DNA of 64,000 nt from an uncultured Alphaproteobacteria bacterium (GTDB lineage Bacteria; Pseudomonadota; Alphaproteobacteria; ATCC43930; CGMCC-115725): positions 1,199,751 to 1,263,750 of the forward strand of contig CAVYZU010000002.1 in assembly GCA_963772965.1 (NCBI GenBank), written 5' to 3'. A model generated the notes under the pieces. That model was not told where the DNA came from and did no database searches. It saw nothing but the letters and a program-made list of their open reading frames with translations. The stretch's first letter is position 1, and each line of letters begins with the position of its first letter. The position numbers and the translations under genes are program-made. Of this stretch, positions 11,758 to 20,609 are shown in pieces.

Positions 11758-12606
11758 ATGGATTTCGGCGCGTTGATGTTTTTTACCGATTATGCGATCT
11801 CGGCGGTCGACCTCGCCAAGGCATTGGAACAGCGCGGGTTTGAGTCGGTCTGGGCGCCCGAACACTCCCATATCCCGGTGTCGCGCAAGACGCCGTTCCC
11901 GGGCGGCGGCGAACTGCCCAAGCGCTATTACGACGCGATGGACCCGTTTGTGTCGCTGACCGCCGCGGCGATCGCCACGACCCGCCTCAAGCTCGGCACT
12001 GGGGTGTGCCTGGTGCAGCAGCGCGACCCGATCCAGACCGCGAAACTCGTCGCCTCGGTCGACCAGGTGTCGAACGGGCGGTTTTTGTTTGGCGTCGGCG
12101 GCGGCTGGAACGCCGACGAAATGGAGAACCACGGCACCGATCCCAAGACCCGCTTCAAACTAATGCGCGAGCGGATCGAGGCGATGAAGGAGGTCTGGAC
12201 CAAATCCAAGGCCGAATATCATGGGGACATGGTCAATTTCGACCCGATCATGGCGTGGCCAAAGCCGGTGCAAAAGCCGCATCCGCCGATCCTGGTCGGT
12301 GGCGCGTGGCCGCAGGCGGCGCGGCGGGCGATCCGCTATGGCGACGGCTGGTGCCCGATCGGCGGCCGGCCGGGGTCGAGCCCGCTCGATGTCCTAGACC
12401 AGTTCCGCCAGATGGCGCGCGATTCCGGCCGCGACCCAAACTCCCTGCCGGTAACCCTGTTCAACCCCGACGAGGACGCCGACCAGCTAAAGCACTACCG
12501 CGACATGGGCGTCGCCCGCGTCGTCGTGATGCTGCTGTCGGAACCCGCCGACAAAATCCTCCCAATCCTCGACCGTTGGGCCAACCTGATCCGCCAAACC
12601 ACCTAA
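11758..12606 (+). CDS. LLM-class (luciferase-like) F420/flavin-dependent oxidoreductase
   Basis: FESVWAPEHSHIP, GTGVCLVQQRDP, NGRFLFGVGGGWN. Confidence 0.85.
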   Translation: MDFGALMFFTDYAISAVDLAKALEQRGFESVWAPEHSHIPVSRKTPFPGGGELPKRYYDAMDPFVSLTAAAIATTRLKLGTGVCLVQQRDPIQTAKLVASVDQVSNGRFLFGVGGGWNADEMENHGTDPKTRFKLMRERIEAMKEVWTKSKAEYHGDMVNFDPIMAWPKPVQKPHPPILVGGAWPQAARRAIRYGDGWCPIGGRPGSSPLDVLDQFRQMARDSGRDPNSLPVTLFNPDEDADQLKHYRDMGVARVVVMLLSEPADKILPILDRWANLIRQTT

Positions 12607-12689
12607 CCCTCCGCCGCGAAGCGCCCGGCGATTGCCCGCCGTCGCTGGGCTCACCCTAACCGCCCCAACCGCGGCCGCCGGCCAGCAGA

Positions 12690-12867
12690 CCAAATTCCCG
12701 TCTAACCGGGAATTTTGGTCGAAATCGCCACCCACCCATCAAAATTCACCTTCCCTATCAGCCACTTGCAACCAAATTCCCGTGGCAATCCAACCGGGAA
12801 TTTCCCCCGCCTAATCGGGAATTCTCCCCGCCTAACCGGGAATTTTTTGCACGCCTACGGGAAATCC
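12690..12867. repeat. iteron-like array of CGGGAA(T/A)TT boxes (5 direct, 2 inverted copies)
   Basis: CGGGAA at 12707, 12795, 12816, 12837 and 12858; the last four are exactly 21 bp apart. TTCCCG at 12695 and 12777. Non-coding context. Confidence 0.8.
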
Positions 12868-13153
12868 AAAATCAGCAGCACCGATAGCACCCGAATTGCC
12901 TACAACGAGAAACCGTATCAGCCAAGCGCGGCGAAATTACGTCGCTGCGTCGAGGACCCTTGTCGGGCTCTCAACCGCGGTGTGAGTCGGTGTTCTGGCT
13001 GAAACTTGGTTGTTCGACGGCCAACGTGTTGAAGACGAATTGCCTTTAACATCCTCCGAACGAAAGATCGCCGACCTTGCCAAAGCTGAGACGGCGCCGC
13101 CGTATTTGGTATTATGTCTAGGCTTCGCGTTATTCCAGGTGACAGAGCGCGCA

Positions 13154-13390
13154 ATGACCGAAATCCGCACCCGCATCCTGGTCGGTCCTGATCATCGGAT
13201 CTCCGGCACCGCCCCCGCCGCCGTGCCGCCTGGCGAACACGAGGTCACCATCGCAGTGGTCTCCGCGCCCACTCGTCAGCCGCCCGGCGCGCCCTTCGAC
13301 GCCGACGGCCTGCCCGCTCACGATTTGGGACCCTGGCCCGAAGGATTGAGCCTGCGCCGCGAGGACATCTACGACGAAGATGGGCGGTGA
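13154..13390 (+). CDS. type II antitoxin, DUF104-like (partner of the PIN toxin)
   Basis: 78 aa from ATG 13154. ...PPGEHEVTIAVV and C-terminal LSLRREDIYDEDGR are typical of PIN-associated antitoxins. 4-nt GTGA overlap with the next gene. Confidence 0.65.
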   Translation: MTEIRTRILVGPDHRISGTAPAAVPPGEHEVTIAVVSAPTRQPPGAPFDADGLPAHDLGPWPEGLSLRREDIYDEDGR

Positions 13391-13809
13391 GCTTCGTCGA
13401 CACCAATGTCCTGATCTACGCGACGGCTCAGGGATCGCCGTTTTACGATCGCGCCAGAGAAGCGCTCGCGCGGATTGCTGCAGAAGAGCCGCTCTCTCTC
13501 AGCCGACAGATACTGCGCGAGTACATCGCAGTAGTGACGCGACCGCAAACCTGGGGAAAGCCTCTGGCTCTCGCCGAAGCGATCTCGGACACCGCGACAT
13601 TCGCGCGACGCTTCCCAATCCTCGAGGATGGCCCGGCGGTGTGGGATCAGCTGATCGAACTCGGCCGCCGCTATTCCTTTGGAGGCCGCCAGGTCCATGA
13701 CGCCAATGTTGTGGCGACCATGCTGGCATATGGCGAGCACCGATTGCTGACCTTCAACGAGGCCGACTTTCGCCGCTTCGCACCGCTGATCGAGATTGTC
13801 ACGCCCTAA
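13387..13809 (+). CDS. vapC: PIN-domain ribonuclease toxin VapC
   Basis: SFVDTNVLIYA ... REYIAVVTR ... VHDANVVATM ... LLTFNEADF carries the PIN acidic residues. Confidence 0.9.
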   Translation: MSFVDTNVLIYATAQGSPFYDRAREALARIAAEEPLSLSRQILREYIAVVTRPQTWGKPLALAEAISDTATFARRFPILEDGPAVWDQLIELGRRYSFGGRQVHDANVVATMLAYGEHRLLTFNEADFRRFAPLIEIVTP

Positions 13810-13977
13810 CGTCGAGTTGGCGGGTTTCCAGGTCCCTGCTCGCAAATTGCATGTAACGGACTTAACTCGTGCAACCGCGAATTGTTCGACGCACAGACGC
13901 GGCCGCCAACCCGAGGCGAGGAGCCAGGCAAATCCGGACGCCAGAATGACCTTTGCCGTGCTATTTGCATCTGCTCA

Positions 13978-16974
13978 ATGACTGTGTCTCAGGCGACCCA
14001 AAACCTAATTCAACACCTCGCCAGCCGGCCCGGCCACGACGAGGTGAAAGCAGATTTCCGCCAGCTTCTAATCGAGGAGTTCGGCGTTGAGCTGCACGCA
14101 CTCGATTTCGAGCGTCGGGTGCCGGAGGTGCGCGGACGGCTCGACGCGCTGATCGGGCGCACTGTCTTTGAAGCCAAAAGCGATCTCGACAGGGAATGGC
14201 CGGACATCGAGCGGCGGATGCCGGATTACCTTGCGGATCGCGAACGAGAGGAACAGGAGCGCTTCGTCGGCATCGCCTCTGATGGCCAGAAATGGGCGGT
14301 GTTCGAGTTGGAGGCGGGCAAGCTCAACGTCGTCAAGCGTACGGCGCTTGATCCGGAAAAGCCGGAAATCTTTCTTTCCTGGCTTGACGGCGCGGTCGCA
14401 CTCAAATCTTCGTTGCCGCCCGTCCCGCTGACCATCCGTGCCGAACTCGGCGAGGATTCGGTCGCCTATCGCCGAGTTAACGCACAGCTGCGCCTGCTTT
14501 GGGACAGTTTAAAAGCGGATCCGGTCATCGCATTAAAGCGTCAATTGTGGGCGGACTTATTAAAACTTGTTTACGGCCGGGAAGTCGAAAGCGACCAGCT
14601 TTGGTTTCAACACACGTTTCTCGTGGTCGTCGCTAAATGCGTCGCGGTTGCCGTAATGCGGCTCGTCGAGGACGAGCCTAAGCGCCTGCTCTCCGGCGAC
14701 GCCTTCGCGGCGGCTGGAATCGGCGGTGCAGTCGAGAGCGACTTTTTCGATTGGGTTGCCGCCGACGCGGAGGGCGAGGCGCTGGTTCGGCGGATTATGA
14801 ATCACGTCCGGCGATTCCGGCTGGCCGAAGTCGAGACGGACGTGTTGAAGACGCTTTACGAATCGCTGATCGACCGGGAACAGCGGCACGGTCTCGGTGA
14901 GTATTACACGCCAGACTGGCTCGCCGCTAAAATGGCGCGGCACGCAATCGATCGACCGCTTGAACAGCGCGTGCTCGATCCAGGTTGCGGTTCTGGAACC
15001 TTCCTCTTTCACGCGATCCGCAATTTCCTGAAGGAGGCCGATGAAGCGGCGATGCCGCGCGAGCGGCGAGCGGCGGAGGCCTGCGCCCACATTGCCGGCA
15101 TGGATATCCACCCGGTTGCGGTGATCATCGGCCGCGTCACTTACCTCCTCGCGCTGAGCCCTGGGCTCGCCTACCGCGCCGGTGCGCTGTCGATCCCGGT
15201 CTATCTCGGCGACGCAATGCAGCTTTCAATTTCCGAGTTTATGGCCGGGAAAGAACTGACCATTCGCGTTCCGCCGCCCCCGGCGGGAAGCGCCGCTCAA
15301 ACCGGCAACGGCGGCGAGCAGCTCAGTTTCCCGGAGACCTTCTGCCGGGACCCAGCGCTGTTCGACAAGGCTGTCGAACAGATGCGCACAGGCTCCCTGG
15401 ACGGCCTCACCCGCTCACAAATCGAGGCCGCCTTAGCTCGCATCACCGAACAGCATTACCGTACCGACGTGACAAAGGAGCAAAAGCTCGCGATCGAGGA
15501 CCTCGGCAAGACCTATCTGACCTTCGATCGCCTGCGCCGCGACAAGCGCGACACGATCTGGGCTTATGTGGCACGCAACCTATCGCGCCCACTCGCCTAT
15601 TCGGCCTCGGCAGGCTGGGCCAACGTCGTGATCGGCAACCCGCCCTGGCTGTCATTTCGCCATATGAGCGTGGATCTGCAGAAGCGGTTCAAGGAACTCG
15701 CCAAAGGAGAGCGAGTATATGTCGGGGGTAGGTTTGCCACCCAGAATGACCTTTCGGCATTGTTCTCAGTCCGCGTCGCGCATCTTTATCTCCGCTCCGG
15801 CGGGCGCCTCGCGCTCGTCCTGCCGATGGCGGCGCTGACACGCGGCCAATTCGAGAGGTTGCGCACGGGCTCGTTCCGCTCGGCGGATATCGCCTGGGAC
15901 GAAGCATGGACAATGGGCAATTCACTGCAGCCGCTTTTTCCGGTTCCGTCCTGCGCCGTATTCGGGCGAAAACGAGCGGATTCGCAGCGGATGCCCGACA
16001 CCGTACGCGCCTATTCGGGAGACCTCCCCTTTCGCGATGCGTCGGAAGTGCTAGCCGATGCCAAGCTCAGAGTAATCGAAGGCGCGCCCGCGCCATCAGT
16101 TGGTTCATTCGAAGGTGGCTCAGCGTACCGCGGAGCGTTCAGGCAGGGCGCGACGCTCGTGCCGCGCATGTTATGTCTTATAGAACGGCGGGCGGCGGGA
16201 CGCCTCGGCCCCAATGCGAGCGCGCCCTTGGTCGCGAGCCGCCGCAACAGCCAGGAAAAGCTGCCGTGGAGGACGTTGCCGGGTATCGAGAACCCGGTCG
16301 AGGTGGAATTCCTGCGGCCGGTGCTCCTCGGCGAAAGCATTTTGCCCTACCGGGTGTTTCGGCCTTTTGAAGGCGTAGTCCCAGTTAGCGAAGGCGGCTA
16401 TCTATTCGACGCTGGACGGGCGGCGAACCACGGCTTCGGCGGCCTTCACGGCTGGATGCGGCAAGCCGAGGCAATGTGGAGAGGGAACTCCGAGAGCGGC
16501 GCGATGACGCTCGTCGGCAGGTGGAACTACCACAACGAACTCGGCGCGCAATTTCCGATCGGGCTGACCCGCGTCGTGTATGCGGCCTCCGGCACTCTTC
16601 CGGCCGCCTGTCTCTTGCAGGATCAGCGCGCGGTTGTCGAGCACAAGCTCTATTGGATCGCTCCGGCAAGCCAGGACGAGGCGCGGTATCTCGTGGCGCT
16701 TCTGAATAGCGAGACGGCGCGGGGGCGTATTGCACAATTCCAGTCCCGCGGACAATGGGGCGCTCGAGATTTCGACAAGGTCATCTTTAACCTCCCGATC
16801 CCGCGCTTCGACCGAACAATCCGTGTCCACGCCGCACTTTCTGCTGCCGCGGCCGATGCCGAGAGGGTCGCGGCGGGGGTCGAGTTACCCGAAGGAGTCC
16901 GGTTCCAGCGTGCGCGCCGCCTCGTTCGCGACGGCTTGGTCGAAACGGGGCTGGCACAGCGATCGATGCGCTAG
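13978..16974 (+). CDS. single-chain type IIG/IIL restriction-modification enzyme, MmeI-like (PD-ExK nuclease + N6-adenine MTase + TRD)
   Basis: ATG 13978 (MTVSQATQNL). N-terminal RLDALIGRTVFEAK (D-x8-E-x-K); LGEYYTPDWLA; motif I VLDPGCGSGTFL; motif IV VIGNPPWLSF. About 400 aa of C-terminal region without recognised motifs, taken as a putative target-recognition domain. Confidence 0.72.
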   Translation: MTVSQATQNLIQHLASRPGHDEVKADFRQLLIEEFGVELHALDFERRVPEVRGRLDALIGRTVFEAKSDLDREWPDIERRMPDYLADREREEQERFVGIASDGQKWAVFELEAGKLNVVKRTALDPEKPEIFLSWLDGAVALKSSLPPVPLTIRAELGEDSVAYRRVNAQLRLLWDSLKADPVIALKRQLWADLLKLVYGREVESDQLWFQHTFLVVVAKCVAVAVMRLVEDEPKRLLSGDAFAAAGIGGAVESDFFDWVAADAEGEALVRRIMNHVRRFRLAEVETDVLKTLYESLIDREQRHGLGEYYTPDWLAAKMARHAIDRPLEQRVLDPGCGSGTFLFHAIRNFLKEADEAAMPRERRAAEACAHIAGMDIHPVAVIIGRVTYLLALSPGLAYRAGALSIPVYLGDAMQLSISEFMAGKELTIRVPPPPAGSAAQTGNGGEQLSFPETFCRDPALFDKAVEQMRTGSLDGLTRSQIEAALARITEQHYRTDVTKEQKLAIEDLGKTYLTFDRLRRDKRDTIWAYVARNLSRPLAYSASAGWANVVIGNPPWLSFRHMSVDLQKRFKELAKGERVYVGGRFATQNDLSALFSVRVAHLYLRSGGRLALVLPMAALTRGQFERLRTGSFRSADIAWDEAWTMGNSLQPLFPVPSCAVFGRKRADSQRMPDTVRAYSGDLPFRDASEVLADAKLRVIEGAPAPSVGSFEGGSAYRGAFRQGATLVPRMLCLIERRAAGRLGPNASAPLVASRRNSQEKLPWRTLPGIENPVEVEFLRPVLLGESILPYRVFRPFEGVVPVSEGGYLFDAGRAANHGFGGLHGWMRQAEAMWRGNSESGAMTLVGRWNYHNELGAQFPIGLTRVVYAASGTLPAACLLQDQRAVVEHKLYWIAPASQDEARYLVALLNSETARGRIAQFQSRGQWGARDFDKVIFNLPIPRFDRTIRVHAALSAAAADAERVAAGVELPEGVRFQRARRLVRDGLVETGLAQRSMR

Positions 16975-17065
16975 TGGCCACGCTCCTGGACGCTGTGTAA
17001 TTCGGGCCACCCCCGGCCTGGCCCAAGGTGCAGGCTGAGCCGTCGCGCGCGGCGGTGCCAGCCTC

Positions 17066-18157
17066 TCAGGTGGTGGCGAAATCGATTAGTTGGCGCACGG
17101 GGGCACCGGATTTGAGCTTGGCGAAGCCGTCATTGATCTCGCCAAGGTTTGAGGCGTGCCGGAGATCAGGTGGTCGAGCTTGAGCCGGCCTTGGCGCCAC
17201 AATGACAACAGCCGCGGCATGTCGACCCGAAAGCGGTTGCCGCCCATCGAGGTGCCCTGGATCTTGCGGTCGCGCAGGAAATCGGAGCCGTGCAATTCGA
17301 TCTTCACGCCAAACGGCACCATGCCGATGATCGTCGCGGTGCCGCCGGCGCGCAGCATCTGAAACGCCTGCTCGGCGGTTGCTTTGGTGCCGAGCGCCTC
17401 GAACGAGTAATGGACGCCGCCGCCGGTCATGTCGCGCACCGCCTTGACCGGGTCGGCATTGCTGACGTTGAGCGTGTCGGTGGCGCCGAGTTCGCGCGCC
17501 AGTTCGAGCTTTGACGGCCACGGTGTCGATCGCGATGATGCGCTCGGCGCCGGCGAGCGCCGCGCCGTTGACCGCCGACAATCCGACGCCGCCGCAGCCG
17601 ATCACCGCGACCGTCGAGCCCGGCTCGACCTTGGCGGCGTTAAAGACCGCGCCGACCCCGGTCATCACGCCGCAGCCGACCAGCGCGGCGCGGTCGAGCG
17701 GGATGTCGTCATCGATCTTTACCATCGAGTTTTCGTGCACCAGCATCTGTTCGGCGAAGGAGGACAGGTTGAACGCCTGGTTCAACTGCTCCCCGTTCCA
17801 ACTCATCCGCTTGGCGACGCCGGGCAGCATCTTGACATCGGTGTTCTCGCACAAATTGGAGTGGCCGGTCAGGCATTGCGGGCAGGTGCCGCAAAACACG
17901 CAGAGGCAGGTGATGACGTGGTCGCCGGGCTTGACATAGGTGACGCCGTCGCCGACCGCCTCGACGATCGCCGAGGATTCATGGCCGAGCACGACCGGGG
18001 TCGGGATCGGGTACAGCCCCTCGATAAAATGCAGATCGCTGTGGCACAGCCCGGCAAAGGCGGTGCGCAGCAATACCTCGCGCGGCCCCGGTTTGTTGAC
18101 CGCGACCTCCTCGATCGTCAGCGGCTGGTGCGGGGCGTGAAATACGGCGGCTTTCAT
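17066..18157 (-). pseudogene. zinc-dependent alcohol dehydrogenase with two apparent frameshifts (or sequencing errors)
   Basis: MKAAVFHAP...GLCHSDLHF...GHESSAIVEAVG...VIGCGGVGLS runs to IIAIDT, then garbage. The frame of 17086..17439 carries KLELARELGATD...GGVHYSFEALG...LKLDHLISGT. The first frame resumes at LGEINDGFAKLKSG. Shifts lie at about 17510-17512 (AAA run) and about 17143-17150. Confidence 0.85.
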
Positions 18158-18282
18158 CGGGCTACTCCTCGAATAAGGTTTCAACGCTGAGGACGCCAAG
18201 GTCCCGCGAAGGGCGCAAAGAATAGAAATTCTTCATAGCGACCTTTGCGCACCCTCTGCGGCCTTTGCGTTAGATCTATTGC

Positions 18283-19197
18283 TCAAACCATAAAGTTGAG
18301 GCGGAGGCCGGGTTCCGGCCAGTCCAGGGCGCCCAGTTGGCCGCTGCCGGACAAGGTGATGTAGGCGGTTTTCATGTCGTTGCCGCCAAAGCAGATATTG
18401 GTCGGGTAGACATCGGGCATCTTGACCTGGCGCACGACATGGCCGTCGGGTGCGATGACGGTGATGTGGCCGGTGATCAAGGTCGCGACACAGATATTGC
18501 CGGAGGCCTCGACCGCGAGGCTGTCAAAGCGCTGAAACCCCGGCAGTCCGCACACCAGCCGGCCGCCATAGGGCGCCGGGAACGGCTCGCTCTTGAGCGC
18601 GCCGGGCGAGATGATGTCGAAGGCGAACAGCCGCGAGGTTTCGGTATCGGCGACATAGAGCGTCTTTTCGTCGGGCGACAGGCCGATGCCGTTTGGGCTG
18701 ACGATTGGGTAGACCAGTTCGGTTACCTTCGAGCCGTCGGGCAGCGCATAATAAATGCCGCCATGGTCGCGGTGGTGCGCGTAGCGCTTGCCGAGATCGG
18801 TGAAGTAAAACCCGCCCTGGCGGTCGAACACGATATCGTTGGGCGCCGATAATTTGTGCCCGTTGCATTCGCGGTACAGCACCCGCGCATCGCCGGTTCG
18901 CGGATCGATGCGCTGGATGTAGCCGCATTGGTAATCCTTGGCCGGGCCGGTCGATAAAAAGCCGCCCTGGGCGTATTCGTTGCCGCCATTGTTGCAGACA
19001 TAGAGGGCACCATCGGGTCCGGTGGAGAGGCCGTTGGGCCCACCGCCGGCCTTGCCGATCTCGGTCTTGCGGCCGTCGGCTGTAACCCGCGTCACCGCGG
19101 CGCCGGCGATCTCGCCCAGGATCACCGAGCCGTCGGCCATCGCCACCGGCCCTTCGGGAAATCGCAACTCGCTCGCGACGATGCGTATTTCGGCCAT
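18283..19197 (-). CDS. SMP-30/gluconolactonase/LRE family protein
   Basis: MAEIRIVASELRFPEGPVAM..., PNGLSTGPDGALYVCNNGG, PNGIGLSPDEKTLYVADT. ATG 19197 preferred. Confidence 0.85.
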   Translation of the reverse strand: MAEIRIVASELRFPEGPVAMADGSVILGEIAGAAVTRVTADGRKTEIGKAGGGPNGLSTGPDGALYVCNNGGNEYAQGGFLSTGPAKDYQCGYIQRIDPRTGDARVLYRECNGHKLSAPNDIVFDRQGGFYFTDLGKRYAHHRDHGGIYYALPDGSKVTELVYPIVSPNGIGLSPDEKTLYVADTETSRLFAFDIISPGALKSEPFPAPYGGRLVCGLPGFQRFDSLAVEASGNICVATLITGHITVIAPDGHVVRQVKMPDVYPTNICFGGNDMKTAYITLSGSGQLGALDWPEPGLRLNFMV

Positions 19198-19649
19198 GGC
19201 ACTTTCCTCCCCTGTATCAAAACCGCGGGATTCTGTCGCCCGATCCGGCCCGCGGTCAAGCACGCCCACAGGCCCGCGATGGCTGCGTTATCCGTGACAA
19301 AAATGCCGCGCACTTTCACCGGCCACCGTGTTGCACGCCGGCAGGCGAGGTTTTCTCGCGCGTGGCGATTGAATTGATCCGCTGGGCGATTGACAGGTTG
19401 CGGGCGCGGCGGAATCATCCTGTTTGGGAACGGTTTTCCCTGGGTGCTGAAGGAGGGCTGGTTATACCGGCGGTGTCGACAAAGGTGGCGGGATCATTGC
19501 CGATGGCAGAGCCGTTTAGGCAGTGCGCCCCTGCGCAGCCCGTCCGAAAGCACCTTGGCTCGAACCGATTTTGCGCGCGTCGCGGGGGAGATGTGCGCTG
19601 CGTGGTGGCGACGACTGACGATTGGTAACCGAGGCAATAGGAGAGCGCG

Positions 19650-20117
19650 ATGCCATTCGATGGTACTTATTTCCCCGCAACAACCCCGTACGACACCGGC
19701 CTCTTTCCGCTGTGGAGCCGGCAAGGCTGCCGGCTGTGGTACCAGACCCGGTTGCGCGGCAGGAAAGCCACGGCGCCGACGATGCTGCGGGCACCCACGC
19801 CGGCGGAACGCGGGCTCGCGGTCGCCGATCTGTTGCGCGACGCCAAGGACATGATCAACGATCCCAAGGACTGGACGCGGCGCACCTATCGCTCGTTTGG
19901 CGGACAGCGCTGCGCGGTCGGCGCCTTGCGCGCTGCCGGCAAGCGGCTCAACGATCCGACGCTCGCCTGGTCGGCGCATTCACTGCTGATCGATGTCGCC
20001 CGCTCGCGTGGCTTTACCAATGTCGAGACGATGAACGACCGCTCGTCGCACGCAGCGGTGATGGCGGCCTTCGACCAGGCGATCCGCACGGCCGAGCGCG
20101 GCGCCTTTTCGCGCTGA
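19650..20117 (+). CDS. hypothetical protein
   Basis: 155-aa ORF with a reasonable RBS (AGGAGAG). Central KDWTRRTYRSFGGQRCAVGAL motif. No family assigned with confidence. Confidence 0.5.
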   Translation: MPFDGTYFPATTPYDTGLFPLWSRQGCRLWYQTRLRGRKATAPTMLRAPTPAERGLAVADLLRDAKDMINDPKDWTRRTYRSFGGQRCAVGALRAAGKRLNDPTLAWSAHSLLIDVARSRGFTNVETMNDRSSHAAVMAAFDQAIRTAERGAFSR

Positions 20118-20327
20118 TACCAGGCGGATTTCGGCCAGGCGCCCGCGCGGGCCGGTCGCCCGCGCGCAGTGTCGGGGGGTGGTCGAGAACCGCGGCAGAT
20201 GGGGTTAGTTGTCTCGGGTGACGCTGACAGCGTCGCGATCTTTACGGCATCGCGCTCCCTGGACATTTTGTCCGCATTAGATCGCGGCGACTTGTGAGGG
20301 CGGACGTTTTGTCCGACAATCAGGTTG

Positions 20328-20609
20328 ATGCCGTCGCAATGGGATTTTATCGAGGGAGCCGCGCGCACGCTCGGGATTGCCGCCGAGACCGTGCGCAAGT
20401 GGCGGGTGCGCGGCGTGCCCGGTCGATATCGGCTGCCGATTACCCAACTCGCGCAGAACAGCGATCAGCGGCTCGACCCGGACGCCTTTGATCGGCCGCC
20501 GGGCCCGCAACACCGAGGCCGGCCTGCGATGGCCGAGGCTCAGCCAAAACCCTTAAAGCGGGCAACATCCTTACAGCCGGGGATCAAGCCCAGCCAGGGA
20601 GGCAGCAAA
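20328..20609 (+). other. Cro/YdaS-like HTH coding remnant, in frame with and not separated by a stop from the HpaB-family gene
   Basis: IEGAARTLGIAAETVRKWRVRGVPGRYRLPITQLAQNSDQRLDPDAF resembles small Cro-like HTH proteins. There is no stop before ATG 20610. Confidence 0.35.

Noticed and set aside
12797-12806. GGGAATTTCC inside the iteron-like array is identical to a eukaryotic NF-kappaB site. Isolated GAATTCCCGG occurs at 28967-28976.
   Set aside because: The first is a coincidental by-product of the CGGGAATTT repeat. A single extra 10-mer or 7-mer core elsewhere is within chance expectation for a 64-kb window.
12607-17065. The TA/RM islet considered as an integrative mobile element or prophage remnant.
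   Set aside because: There is no integrase, transposase or tRNA target, I could not see flanking direct repeats, and the GC content looks host-like. It is kept only as a possible old insertion, pending synteny comparison.
19400-19649. A TTGACA-type promoter-like hexamer and a structured, GC-rich leader of about 230 nt upstream of hypothetical ORF 19650, considered as a riboswitch.
   Set aside because: I found no motif matching any riboswitch class I know (B12 box, SAM-II, TPP, glycine, FMN). The promoter -10 element is weak.
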